DNA of 64,000 nucleotides from positions 32,001-96,000 of the IMG/VR virus record IMGVR_UViG_3300032331_001766. One strand, given 5' to 3'. The position numbers and the translations under genes are program-made. The first letter of the stretch is position 1. Each line of letters starts with the position of its first letter. This DNA is from a virus. This document shows, piece after piece, positions 27,706 through 39,300 of this stretch. The notes below the pieces were generated by a model, which was not told where the DNA came from, searched no databases, and was given only the letters and a program-made list of their open reading frames with translations.

Positions 27706-27758
27706 GTTAATAAAACCCTTTTGTTATAATAATAAAGACATATCCATAGGAGGATAAA

Positions 27759-28091
27759 TTGGCAACTACAGTATATGACGTAGAAGAAATTACGTTACAG
27801 AATGGCGCAACAGTTAACCTTAAGCCATTAACAATTAAAGAACTACGCAAGTTTATGGCTGCTATCTCCAAAACTGGAGAAGCAAAAACAGAAGACGAAA
27901 CACTAACAATTCTTATTGACGCTTGTGCAGTAGCATTAGAAAAGCAATTACCAGAATTGGTAAAAGATCGTGACGCATTTGAAGATGTTTTAGACGTTCC
28001 TACCATCAACCGCATTCTTGAAGTTTGCGGAGGAATTAAGATGGACGACCCAAACCTTCTAGCGGCAGCGGTTCTGGCTGGTCAGAACTAG
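27759..28091 (+). CDS. Tail assembly chaperone (gpG-like)
   Basis: Between tube and tape measure; SD AGGAGG, TTG start; extended -10 TGTTATAAT at 27722-27730. Confidence 0.85.
   Translation: MATTVYDVEEITLQNGATVNLKPLTIKELRKFMAAISKTGEAKTEDETLTILIDACAVALEKQLPELVKDRDAFEDVLDVPTINRILEVCGGIKMDDPNLLAAAVLAGQN
28049..28055 (+). other. -1 programmed ribosomal frameshift slippery site C CCA AAC
   Basis: X XXY YYZ heptamer in the correct phase; the -1 frame opens at 28040 and runs to 28420. Confidence 0.85.
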
Positions 28092-28420
28092 ATTTAGCCG
28101 CTTTAGAGGGAGAAGTTTTTCTTTTAGGTAATTGGAAAAATTACGCAGAGATAGAAGAAAATCTTTCAATGCCAGAACTTATTCAAACATTGAAGTCAAT
28201 GCAAAAAACGGAATCAGAGAAAAGAAAATTTTTAGCTGGAATCCAAGGTGTTGATATAAATGATGAACAAGAAGAAAAAGAAGGTCCTACCTTTGAAGAT
28301 ATACAAAGAAGAGCACTTGGCATACATGCAAGCGGAGATGATATAACATCACTTCAAGGAGCATTAGCAGCACAAAGTGGATTTGGTATCGGAGCTGGAT
28401 TAGGATACACCAGGGAGTAA
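28049..28420 (+). CDS. Frameshift extension of tail chaperone (gpGT-like C-terminal part)
   Basis: The -1 frame reads PSSGSGSGWSELDLAALEGEVFLLGNWKNY...MPELIQ... and includes ORF 28169..28420. Confidence 0.8.
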   Translation, partial: PKPSSGSGSGWSELDLAALEGEVFLLGNWKNYAEIEENLSMPELIQTLKSMQKTESEKRKFLAGIQGVDINDEQEEKEGPTFEDIQRRALGIHASGDDITSLQGALAAQSGFGIGAGLGYTRE

Positions 28421-28429
28421 AATAGATAA

Positions 28430-31400
28430 ATGGCTGATGAGCAAATTGTAACCAATATAGTTGCAACCTCAGATTTTTCAAGTCTCATTGCCGATGTGCA
28501 ACGGACCACAGCAGCACTATCTAAATTACAGTCACAACTAGCTTTATCAAATACAGCATTAGCGAATCAGGCTGGCCAGATACAAAAAGGTTTTGGAGAA
28601 ACTCTAAGATCAACTGGCCAGTTTACTTCGCATTTTGTTACTGTTGGATCAGAGGTAGATAGATTTGGTAAAAGCCTTGATTCTGGAAGATTAAAGTTAA
28701 GAGATTATTTTAAAACTTGGCAAGATCACACAAAAAGTTCTGGCGGATTAATTAGAGGTTTAGCAAAAGAACAGGTTGCATTACAGCAATCTATAGTTCA
28801 ATCGCTTGGTAAAACTGCAGATGGAATGCAGAAGTTTAACGTACACGTTAAGACTGGGCTAGATGAAGTAGCAAACAGAACTGCATTAGCAAAGAAAGAA
28901 ATGCAGATATACAACAAGGTTATTCAAGACGGCGGAAATCAAATTATTAACTGGGGTAAAAATACTCAGTGGGCTGGTCGTCAGTTAACAGTAGGACTCA
29001 CAGTTCCAATAGCAGCATTTGGTGTGGCTGCATCAAAAGCATTTAGAGATGTTGACCAAGAGCTTGTTAGACTTACAAAGGTTTACGGTGGGCTTTCTGC
29101 AACTAGCGCAGTAGAGTTAGCTAAAGTTAGAAAAGATGTTTCTGCAACAGCTAAAGAATTAGCTGCAGCATATGGAGCGTCGTACAAAGATACAATTGCA
29201 TTAGCAGCAGATATTGCAGCAACTGGTAAACAGGGCAACGAGCTGCTTCAGTCTACAAAAGAAGCAACAAGACTTTCTATTCTTGGAGAAGTAGATAGAC
29301 AAGAAGCTATGAAAGCAACTCTTGCAATTCAATCAGCATTTAAAAAGAATACAACAGAGCTTGGCAAATCAATTAACTTTCTTAACGCAGTTGAAAACCA
29401 AACCTCAACAAGCCTTGCAGATTTAGTTGAAGCTATACCAAAAGCTGGACCAGTAGTTAAAGCACTTGGCGGAGACATAGAAGATTTAGCACTTTATCTT
29501 ACAGCTATGCGTGAAGGCGGAATTAACGCATCTGAAGGAGCAAATGCTTTAAAGTCAGCATTAGCATCTATCATTAACCCAACTAAAGTTGCTAAAGAAA
29601 TGTTTCAAGGATTTGGAATTGATTTAGGTGGGATAGTAACAAAAAATGCTGGAAACTTAACAGGAACTATATTAGAGATTCAAGCAGCATTAGAAACACT
29701 AGATCCTCTTAAGAAATCACAGGCAATTGAGCAGTTGTTTGGTAAGTTCCAGTTTGCAAGAATGAATGCTTTATTTGAGAATTTGGGTAAGCAGGGTAGC
29801 CAGACTTTACAGGTATTAGATTTAATGAAAGCAAGCTCACAAGATCTTGCAAATGTGGCTGGACGAGAATTAGCACAAATTACTGAGTCTGCTTCTGGTA
29901 AATATAGAAGAGCATTAGAGTCATTAAAGGCAGACTTAGCTAAAGTAGGAGAGCAGTTCTTAACAATTCAAACATTCTTTATTGAATTAGTAGATAAAAT
30001 AATTAACTTTGTAAACAAATTACCAGAGCCTATTCAAAAAGTTCTTACATTGCTAGCTGGATTCACTGCAGCAGCGGGTCCACTTATTATGTTAACTGGT
30101 GTATTTGCTAACTTCTTTGGATATGTAATTAAGGGAATTGGCCATCTAAGAGCTTTATTTAAGGGCGGCGAAGGATTTAAATTATTAACACCTCAAATAA
30201 TAGCTGCAAATCAAGCTGGAAGTTTAATAGAAAAAACATTTTATAGCGATGCTCAAGCAGCAGCGACATTAGCTAATGCCCTAAGTAATTTAAATAATGA
30301 ATTTAATCTTCTATACAATAAAGCAAACAACATTGCGCCAGTAGCACCAGCAATTTCAACAATGGCAAGCACCATGATGTTGCCAGGCGGAGCAACAGAA
30401 AGAGTTGTAAATAAGCAAAGCTCAATGCTAGGCAAGCCTTATTCAAGAGATATGTCTCATATGATTCCTTCAAAAACTGGACAAGCAGGAACAATGTTTG
30501 GAGTTCTTCCTGGAACTGCTCCAGTAAATAAAAGAATTAGTAATAACCCACAGATCTATGCAGCAGGAGATTTGCCAGATGTTCCTGGATTAACTAATGT
30601 TAATAAAGTTTCAACAGGTGTTGTAGCAGCAGAAGCTGCTAAATGGCACTCAATGACTGCAGCAATTGCAATGCAATCAGATGCAGAACTTACAGCATTG
30701 AAACAAGAAGTTGCTGCAACTGGAACAATTACACATGAATTGTCTTCTTCATACCAGGCATTGTTGCCTAAGATGACTGAAGTTATTCAGAAAGCTGTTA
30801 AAGAATCAGAGTTAATTGTTGCTCAGACACAATCTGGTAAAATAACGTTAGATCAAGCAAGAGCAAAAATCACTGCGCTTAATGCACAAATAGAAACATT
30901 ATTAGCATCAACAGCACAAGGAGTTGCAACAGCACAGGGAAGATCTATTAATGTTGGAATGGTTCCATTAACAAATCAACCAGCTGTATCTCCAACTGGC
31001 AAGAGCAACATGAAAGAAATGTTCCACAAGAGTGCTAACGCAAATCTTATTAATAAAATAGCTGGCGTACTTGGAGTAAGAACTTCAGGCGGAGGATACA
31101 GCACTGAAACAACAATGCCAAAGAGATTTGCAGAAGGTGGATTTGTACCAGGAACTGGAAACACAGATACTCATCCAGATTCACTACCTGCTGGATCTTA
31201 TGTTGTAAATAAAAAGTCTTCTGAAAATCCTATGTATAGACCTATACTTAGAGCAATGAAAACTGGAATTAGATTTAGCAAGGGTGGAGAAGTACCAGTC
31301 GTACTAACACCAGGAGAGTTTGTTGCTGACCCACAAACAGCAAGAGAAAACGCACCAGTTCTAAGATCTATTAATGCTGGTAATTATGCTGTTGGCGGAA

Positions 31401-34400
31401 CAGTAAGTATGAATAAAGTTAACTATGGAATTTCACCAAACAAGCAAAGAGTAAAGAGCCCAGCAATCATTGAAGATGCTTTAGCTAAAGTTATTGCATT
31501 TAACACAGATAAAAACTATGCTAAAAATAATTATACTGGTGCAGTATTAAATGACTCATGGGCAATATATGATGCAATAACTTCTGCAACTGGAAGACCA
31601 GCAGATCCAAAAGAAGCAATTTCAATTGCAGAAGCAATGGAAGAAGAAGCAAGATCAGCATCGACCTTTGGCGGAGTGCTAGATGAAAATGAATATCGTA
31701 AAGTCGCTAAAGAACAGATGACTACATGGAAAAAGAAACTTAAAGAACAGTATCCTTCTATAAGACTTACAAGTTCTAACAAAAGACAAAATGCAACTGA
31801 TCCAACTGTCAGAAAATTAATTTATGCAATGATGCTTAAGGATAAAAGATTTAGTAGAGATTACCTAAAAACGCTAGATGTTTCTGAAGGCGGAAATGCA
31901 GTAAGAGCACACAGAGATCAGCTTTCTCAGTCTAAGAATAAGAATAATCCTTATAAGTATTTAAGAGCAGCCGTTGTTACTCCAACAAATGTTAATTATG
32001 AAAGTAAGCAACTTCAGGATTATTATGGTATGGAAAACTATGAAGATAGAGTTTCTGCTGGACCAGTTCGTGCAGAGCAAGATGCAAAAAAGCTTCTTAA
32101 AGGTGTTGGTTTTAATTCACTTTCTTCATACGAAAAATATTTAAAAGAAAAGAAAGAAAAAAAGGAAGCAGCAAAGAAACCTAAAAAGTATAAAGAGTTT
32201 TTAGCAGCAAGAACTTTAGGCAAGCCAGCGTTGTTTACACCAGCGTTTGCAGGAGCTATTAGAAGAAATAAGGGCGGAATAATACCTGGACTAGCATCAT
32301 CTGTTATTAATAGACTAACTAATAGATGGCCTGGTAAAAAGCAATTCTATCCACAGGGCTACCAGTACATGCTTGGTAATCAAGATCCACTTCATGGTCC
32401 ACTTCAAATTGGAATGTCACAACAACTTGCAAGACATTCTGGGTATGATCCAAAAGATGTATCACTTCAAAGAGGTGTTGTATTTAGAGATGATAGGTTT
32501 AGTAGATTAAACATTATGCCTCAGTTCCTTACTGGAACAGCAGAAGACCGTGGCAGATATGCAACATCACAATACATGTCTGGAAACCTAGATATTATGG
32601 GACAAATGGAAAGATTGGGTAATCACCCTCTCGGACCAATTGCTGCAATGAAAACTCAACAGAAAAAGTTTAGCGGAAAATTATTTAGAGGAATTAAATT
32701 AGATAGAACATTTAAGGGTCTGCCAGAAGATTTAATTGAAGCAATTAAAATGGCAAGAGTTACTGGAGATGCTTCACCTTTAATTGGCAAAGAATTCATT
32801 ATGCGCCGATCATCTTGGAGCAAGAGCCAAAACATAGCAAGCTACTTTGCGCCAGGGAAAAATGTAGACCCAGAATCATTGCTTATAGAAGCTGCTGTAA
32901 AAAATAGAAATATTTTACCAGCAGGAGACATGTTCCCAGATAAAGTTTTCCAGGCTCCAGGAGGACAAAATTGGGGCGGTGGAAGATTTAATAATGGATA
33001 TAGATCAGAACAAGAAGCAATATTTGGTGGCAAGTTTAAGATAGTAGGATTTGATAAAGGCACTCTTCAGGTACAAACAGTTGTCGATGGAGCAAGAGAA
33101 GATGGCGGACCAACACAAGCTGGCAAGTCTTATATAGTTGGAGAAAATGGTCCAGAAATATTTATTCCAGAAACAAATGGAAATATAGTTCCAAATGCTG
33201 GAGTAAGCGGATCTAGAAAAACAGGCGCTATGGTTGCAAACTATGGTGCAAGCATGGCTGGGTATGGAATTGCAAGCAAGTTAGCTCCAGGAAATATGTT
33301 GGCACAAATTGGTGGCGGATTATTAGGCGATGTAGCTGGAAATATGATGTACAACAAGATAATGAATATTGGTCAAGCAGCTGGATCAGCAGCAAACAAA
33401 ACTTCATTATTAACAAAAGCTTTCCAATTCTTTATTAAGATGCCTGGACCAGTTAAGTTACTTGCTGCAATTGCTGGAGTAGGAATGGCAATTCAAGCAG
33501 TCAATAAAAAAATTGAAGAGCATAGAAGAATTGTTAATTCAGCATTTGGATTAGAGGCTTCAACTGTAGCAAAGCTTGGACTACAGTACACAACCCTTGA
33601 AGATAAGATGAAGGATTATCGCAAGGCACAAGATTTAGCAAATGCTTCTGCTGCAGCGTTTAAATATACTACAGATAAAGTTGGCGGAGCTCAAGGAATA
33701 GATATGACTCAAGAAGAGCTAGATGCTCTTAAGAAGTCATCAAAGAAAGATTTTAAAACAGAAATATCAATGTTTAATACAGCAGGCGGGAATGAAGTTA
33801 TTCAAAAAGCTACACAGCTTAAAGCAATGTTTGTATCATCTGGAATGGCAGTACAGGATGCAAATGAATTAATTTATGCATTAATATTAAACTCTAATAA
33901 GGCAGAAAGCGCATTAACCGCACTTGGAGACAAAGGATTTGGTTCAATTCAAGATAAGGGTACAGCAGCAGCAGCAACACTTAAAACATACTACTCCGTT
34001 ATTGCAAAAGGAAATACTGATCAAATTGGTAAATCCGTTGATTCCGCATTAAATGCATATATAAATCTAGAGACATCTTTAGTTAATATAAATGATAAGA
34101 CAAAGCCTATTGTAACTGAATCAGAGGCATACCTAAAGGTTCTTAATAAAATAAAAAATAGCAATGCTGGGAATGCAGAGTTAGGTGATGAAATTTATCT
34201 AGCACTTTCTAAGCAGAATGCTGAGCTTGGTAAGATAATAAATACCACAGACACATTTGCATCTGTAATGGCAAAGGTTAAATTAAGTACTTCAGGCCTT
34301 TCGTTAGACCTTGCAAATATGGGATCATCTGCTGCAACTGCTCTTTCAATAGTAGTATCAAAGCAACAAGATACTCTAGGATCAACAACTGGCCCCTTTG

Positions 34401-35869
34401 CCAAGCTTGCAAGAGATATTCAAAACACTGGAAAAGCAAGTGCTGATCAAATTGTAAAAACTTCACAGATTTCTGCAGATGCATTAAATAAGCAGATAGA
34501 TTTACATAATAAGAATATAAAAAAGATTAAAGAAGAAGCGGATGCCAGAAAGAAGGCATTAGACGAACAGCTTTCAGATGAGACAACATTACTTCAAATT
34601 AAAAAGAAGCAGATGGAATATGCTGATGCAGTTGCCGCTGGAGATATGTCTAGAGCTGCACAAGCGCAATTAGATATACAGGCTTTAACAAGAGCTCAAG
34701 AAGTTACTGTAGCAAAGCGATCAATTGACGACAAGGCTGAAAAAGATATTAAGGCTCAAGAAGCTGCAATTGATGCGTTAAATAAAAAGCTTGATGGACT
34801 TCAAAAAACAGTAAATGCTGCACAAGCAAATGCATCTGCTGCACAAAAGAAATCTGCTGACCTTCAGTCAATGATGGATGAACTAGTTGCATTAACTGTA
34901 GCTGGAGCGGATGGAGTTGACTCAAAAGAATCTGCACGTAGAGATGCACTTGTAAATAAATTAACAAAGGCTGGATATAAAGATATTGCTTCTAAGATAA
35001 CAGGAGCAGTTGGCGGAAGATACGAAGGCAGCACGTTTGTTCCTTCAGGAGATAAGTTAGCAGAATTAAGCAAGGGTTCATTTAATGATGCATATAATGC
35101 TTCAAAGAAAGCTTTGGCAGTTTACATAACAGATCCAGAAACAATAGCTTTATTAGGTGGATTAGGAAAGGGAGAGACTCCTGGATTCCAGCCACCAAAG
35201 GGAACACCAAAAACTCCTATTATTAATCCTAAAACTCCAGTAAAAGATGTTTCAAAAGAAAAGACAATTCTTGATGCAGCAAAAGCTGCAGCTGGTGGGA
35301 AAAAACAAACAACAATGGTTAGCATTAATGATATTGCTTATGAGATATTTAAGTACGGCAACTCACAGTATTTGATGCCAAAGGGCACAAGCGGAAGTGA
35401 AATTTATGAATACCTATTTGCAAATGGAGCAGTTACTAGAGGTAAACGAGTAACTGACTTAAAGAGAAACTATAGCATAGGTGGACTAGTATTTGGAGCA
35501 GGAACTGCAACATCTGATTCAATACCAGCAATGCTTTCAAATGGAGAATATGTAATTAATGCTGGAGCAGTAAGTGCATACGGCAAAGAAGTATTTGATC
35601 AATTTAATAGTAGAAAGTTTGCTACTGGAGGAATGGTTAATCCTTCATTTAGTGTTCCTTCTGGAGCAGTCTCACTTGGCAATAACATGGGTTCACGATA
35701 TAATGGTGGAGGACAGGTTTACAATTACAGCGCAGGAGGAATTGTCATTAATCCAGCGCAAGGACAAAATGAAAAACAAATTGCAGAATACGTAGTTTCA
35801 ATTATGGATGCAAAAAATGGCTTAAGAGCAGCAAGCACTGGAGATAAAGGACGGTACCTAAGAACATGA
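28430..35869 (+). CDS. Tape measure protein with internal cargo domains, including a putative ADP-ribosyltransferase
   Basis: 2479 aa, Ala-rich helical; TP901-type TMP core in the N-terminal third; follows the chaperones; internal non-helical inserts. Confidence 0.92.
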   Translation: MADEQIVTNIVATSDFSSLIADVQRTTAALSKLQSQLALSNTALANQAGQIQKGFGETLRSTGQFTSHFVTVGSEVDRFGKSLDSGRLKLRDYFKTWQDHTKSSGGLIRGLAKEQVALQQSIVQSLGKTADGMQKFNVHVKTGLDEVANRTALAKKEMQIYNKVIQDGGNQIINWGKNTQWAGRQLTVGLTVPIAAFGVAASKAFRDVDQELVRLTKVYGGLSATSAVELAKVRKDVSATAKELAAAYGASYKDTIALAADIAATGKQGNELLQSTKEATRLSILGEVDRQEAMKATLAIQSAFKKNTTELGKSINFLNAVENQTSTSLADLVEAIPKAGPVVKALGGDIEDLALYLTAMREGGINASEGANALKSALASIINPTKVAKEMFQGFGIDLGGIVTKNAGNLTGTILEIQAALETLDPLKKSQAIEQLFGKFQFARMNALFENLGKQGSQTLQVLDLMKASSQDLANVAGRELAQITESASGKYRRALESLKADLAKVGEQFLTIQTFFIELVDKIINFVNKLPEPIQKVLTLLAGFTAAAGPLIMLTGVFANFFGYVIKGIGHLRALFKGGEGFKLLTPQIIAANQAGSLIEKTFYSDAQAAATLANALSNLNNEFNLLYNKANNIAPVAPAISTMASTMMLPGGATERVVNKQSSMLGKPYSRDMSHMIPSKTGQAGTMFGVLPGTAPVNKRISNNPQIYAAGDLPDVPGLTNVNKVSTGVVAAEAAKWHSMTAAIAMQSDAELTALKQEVAATGTITHELSSSYQALLPKMTEVIQKAVKESELIVAQTQSGKITLDQARAKITALNAQIETLLASTAQGVATAQGRSINVGMVPLTNQPAVSPTGKSNMKEMFHKSANANLINKIAGVLGVRTSGGGYSTETTMPKRFAEGGFVPGTGNTDTHPDSLPAGSYVVNKKSSENPMYRPILRAMKTGIRFSKGGEVPVVLTPGEFVADPQTARENAPVLRSINAGNYAVGGTVSMNKVNYGISPNKQRVKSPAIIEDALAKVIAFNTDKNYAKNNYTGAVLNDSWAIYDAITSATGRPADPKEAISIAEAMEEEARSASTFGGVLDENEYRKVAKEQMTTWKKKLKEQYPSIRLTSSNKRQNATDPTVRKLIYAMMLKDKRFSRDYLKTLDVSEGGNAVRAHRDQLSQSKNKNNPYKYLRAAVVTPTNVNYESKQLQDYYGMENYEDRVSAGPVRAEQDAKKLLKGVGFNSLSSYEKYLKEKKEKKEAAKKPKKYKEFLAARTLGKPALFTPAFAGAIRRNKGGIIPGLASSVINRLTNRWPGKKQFYPQGYQYMLGNQDPLHGPLQIGMSQQLARHSGYDPKDVSLQRGVVFRDDRFSRLNIMPQFLTGTAEDRGRYATSQYMSGNLDIMGQMERLGNHPLGPIAAMKTQQKKFSGKLFRGIKLDRTFKGLPEDLIEAIKMARVTGDASPLIGKEFIMRRSSWSKSQNIASYFAPGKNVDPESLLIEAAVKNRNILPAGDMFPDKVFQAPGGQNWGGGRFNNGYRSEQEAIFGGKFKIVGFDKGTLQVQTVVDGAREDGGPTQAGKSYIVGENGPEIFIPETNGNIVPNAGVSGSRKTGAMVANYGASMAGYGIASKLAPGNMLAQIGGGLLGDVAGNMMYNKIMNIGQAAGSAANKTSLLTKAFQFFIKMPGPVKLLAAIAGVGMAIQAVNKKIEEHRRIVNSAFGLEASTVAKLGLQYTTLEDKMKDYRKAQDLANASAAAFKYTTDKVGGAQGIDMTQEELDALKKSSKKDFKTEISMFNTAGGNEVIQKATQLKAMFVSSGMAVQDANELIYALILNSNKAESALTALGDKGFGSIQDKGTAAAATLKTYYSVIAKGNTDQIGKSVDSALNAYINLETSLVNINDKTKPIVTESEAYLKVLNKIKNSNAGNAELGDEIYLALSKQNAELGKIINTTDTFASVMAKVKLSTSGLSLDLANMGSSAATALSIVVSKQQDTLGSTTGPFAKLARDIQNTGKASADQIVKTSQISADALNKQIDLHNKNIKKIKEEADARKKALDEQLSDETTLLQIKKKQMEYADAVAAGDMSRAAQAQLDIQALTRAQEVTVAKRSIDDKAEKDIKAQEAAIDALNKKLDGLQKTVNAAQANASAAQKKSADLQSMMDELVALTVAGADGVDSKESARRDALVNKLTKAGYKDIASKITGAVGGRYEGSTFVPSGDKLAELSKGSFNDAYNASKKALAVYITDPETIALLGGLGKGETPGFQPPKGTPKTPIINPKTPVKDVSKEKTILDAAKAAAGGKKQTTMVSINDIAYEIFKYGNSQYLMPKGTSGSEIYEYLFANGAVTRGKRVTDLKRNYSIGGLVFGAGTATSDSIPAMLSNGEYVINAGAVSAYGKEVFDQFNSRKFATGGMVNPSFSVPSGAVSLGNNMGSRYNGGGQVYNYSAGGIVINPAQGQNEKQIAEYVVSIMDAKNGLRAASTGDKGRYLRT

Positions 35870-36330
35870 TAATGCCAAGAGGATCCATCCTTCAAATAGA
35901 AGCTAAAGATTTATTAGCAAGTCCAGCTGGAACCAGCTTAGTTTGGAATAAGGTTACAGAGCACAATAGATCTGCTTTTGATATGAGCCCAATGAGAATT
36001 GAGCGCACACAAAGAATGTCCAATGGGTCATTAAGAAAGTTTTATATTGCAGATAAATATAGATTTAACTTAGGCTGGGACATGCTTCCTTCATATAGAA
36101 CTCTAACTGTTGACGGTGCATGGGGAGCAGAAGACCTAAGATCTTTTTATAATAGCGCAGAAGGCCAGGGCACATTTAAGATTCGTGTAAACTTAGCAAA
36201 GACTGGATCAAACCAAGAGTCAAGTGGATATGAAGAGTACACAGTAAATATAACTGGATGTAACTTTGCAATTGCTAAGCGTGGGCTACAGCCACATTGG
36301 AGTGTATCTCTCTCACTGGAAGAAGTATAA
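35866..36330 (+). CDS. Distal tail (Dit-like) protein
   Basis: Immediately after tape measure; 154 aa. Confidence 0.6.
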   Translation: MIMPRGSILQIEAKDLLASPAGTSLVWNKVTEHNRSAFDMSPMRIERTQRMSNGSLRKFYIADKYRFNLGWDMLPSYRTLTVDGAWGAEDLRSFYNSAEGQGTFKIRVNLAKTGSNQESSGYEEYTVNITGCNFAIAKRGLQPHWSVSLSLEEV

Positions 36331-39300
36331 TGATTACTGCATCCGATGATTTAAAAAATGTATTAAAGCAAAATGTCTCAGTAAAGACATCTACTCAGAC
36401 TACCATCGAATATAATATGAACTCATTAATTGATGGTATAACTGTCACATCTACAAATACAGATACAGAGTATACAAACAAAATTGAAAATTGGCCAAGC
36501 GGAAAGCCAAACCCATTTAAAAAACTTTTTCCAATGGATTCAGTTATTAAACCATTTAGACCATTAAATCCTGGAATCAGATATTTTATATTTAATACTA
36601 ATGATCCTTATAAAGCTATAATTGATCCACGTAAAATTTCTTACCCAACAGCAAGTCCTAGAACTTACTATCCAGGAATATCAACTTTTTATAAATATTG
36701 GGTAAGCCCAGAAGGTTCAAATGCTAATCTTACAGTAACATACAAACAAACTTCATCAACAGGCGGAAACAAAGCAGCACTTGCAAATAAGATAATTATA
36801 AGATTTGAAAAATATCATCAGCTTCCTTCTGGATACACTGTAACAATTACACCAGTAACTGGATCTCCAATAACAACTTCTACATATACAGCAGATTCTA
36901 ATGGACAAGCTGCAATATATTACAACGGAACTACGTGGACAAATATTGCACCATCAGAACCAGTTTCATATGCTTCACCGCAAGAAATTAAATCAATTAC
37001 TTTAAATGCAACAAATCCAAGCGGCACAAATATAATTGGAGTTATAGAGTTATCTGCTAGATGGATAAAAGATATATCTTCAGACATTATAGATTTTTCT
37101 GTAAACAAAGAATCTTCTGATTCAGCAGATGGCATTCTTCCAGTTGGAATTGTAACAGCCAATACCTTAAGCATAAATTTAGTTAAATATGATCAGACAG
37201 CTCTTAAGTATGTAAACTATAATAGAGAGTCTACCTCTTTTGATAGCACACTCACCTACCTTGCAAAGAATGCTGAAATTAAAACATACATAAATGTTCA
37301 TCATGCAGCAGGCTCAATAACAAACGGATCTGATAAATACGATAAGCTAATCCAAGGAACATTCTATATTGACTCCTCTGAAATTGGAGAATATGGAGAT
37401 GTATCTTTAACTGCGTTAGACTCAGCAAAGTATCTAATGGAAACTTATGCCCCAGAGATTATATGCGAAGACTATCCAGTTACTGCAATATTTAGAAGAC
37501 TACTAGACTCAGTAGGGTTTTCTAATTACGGATTTAACATTAAAGATAACGAAACATCTGTACCCACAATTCAGTATTGGTGGAGCGATGGAACGCTAAC
37601 TGTATGGGAAGCAATACAAGAATTATGTAGAGATATTCAAATGAACGCATTTGTAGATGAGAATAACATTCTTCAATTTTATAGCAGAGACTACATATAT
37701 GATGCAAGTACTAGAACTACCAACTGGGGATTTAATTATGCCACCGACGGCACAACCCTTGCAAACATAGTACAGTTCTCACAAAAAGAAGTTTCATCAG
37801 CAAACTCAGTAAAGGTTTTATGGCAAAGCCCATTGACATCAAACTACAATGGAACATCTGGCCCACTCTGGGAATCAGCAGAAGCATTTCTATCTGCAGG
37901 TGCTTTAAGAAAAACAATTACAGCAAACTCAAATGCAGCAAGTACCGAGCTTTCTATTGATACAGTTGTGCTCGATAACTACTCTTTACAATACAGTTTA
38001 TATAATTTTCAAGGATACGTTCTTATTGATTCTGAAATAATAGAGTTTGATGCAATTGAATATCAGTATACAGATCTTTCTAATGCACCTCAAGTAGCGT
38101 GGCTAACATCTCAGTCAGATGTAAGCAAATATCGTGCATTATCTAAACCAGGATATGCAGATCCTAAGCTTCCAGAAACTGCATACTTTAAGCCATCAGG
38201 CAGATACAGAGTTAAAACCAGAGGGGCGCTTGGAACAACACCAGCATTTCATGCTGCAACAGCAAATACAAGATTAAGCGAATGGTCTCAATATACAAAC
38301 AATGGATCTGGTAAAGTCGGTTCAATTACATCAATACCACTAGACCCGTCAACAGCAAATAAATATAAATCATATTTAACAATATCTAATACTAATACTG
38401 CAGCAAAAAGTTATAGCTTAGCTTATAGGCCATTTAGCGCAGTTACAATTCCATCTAGCACAAACGTAACTGTAACTGGAGAAAGCGGAACAGTAACAGT
38501 AAAGAGTTACACAGAATCGTATTTTAGTTTTGGAACAACATTATTTATTCAATCTGATATTACTGATACAAAAGGAAAGTATCCAAAGCAAGGTGGAGGT
38601 CTAGGATTCTTTGTAAATTCTTCTGGATCAGATGGCTACTTTATTTTATTAGAAACATTGTCTTCTGCTGCTTCAACTGGACAAAAAACAATTAGAATAG
38701 CAAGAATGAAAGCTGGCGTACTTACAACTTTAACTGATAGCCAGAAGACTGATCAAAAAACTTTATCAGCAGTATTTGGAAATCAGTCACACATTATAGA
38801 TGTAAAAGTAAAACTATTAGGTAAGTTTATTTATATAGATGCATATATAAATGGATTTAAAATATCCGCAGTAGACCAAGCAACAGCAGCCAATGCTGGC
38901 CTAATAGCTCCAACAACAAACGCTGGACTAATTTGCCACCTACCAAGCACTACTGGAATATATGATTATATATATGGAATTGATATATCAAAAGCTAAAT
39001 ATATTTCTGGAACATCAAATATTTATCAAGGACAATTTTCAAACGATTTAGTCGAGACTGCTTTCGGAGACATCATATATAATGCAAATACTTCAGAAGA
39101 CGGCATACCAGTAACTAAGACCTCGATAGATGAATTTGGAACTGTGGTTAGAGAGATAGCTAAGGTTACAACTAAGTTTGATAGCCGACCAGCATATCCT
39201 CTTAAATGGACAACAGGCATGAATAAGTTTGCAAAGATACTTGGTTCAAAAGTTTCAAACTTTGGCGGGGAAGCATACGTGCTAAACAATTCATCATCTA

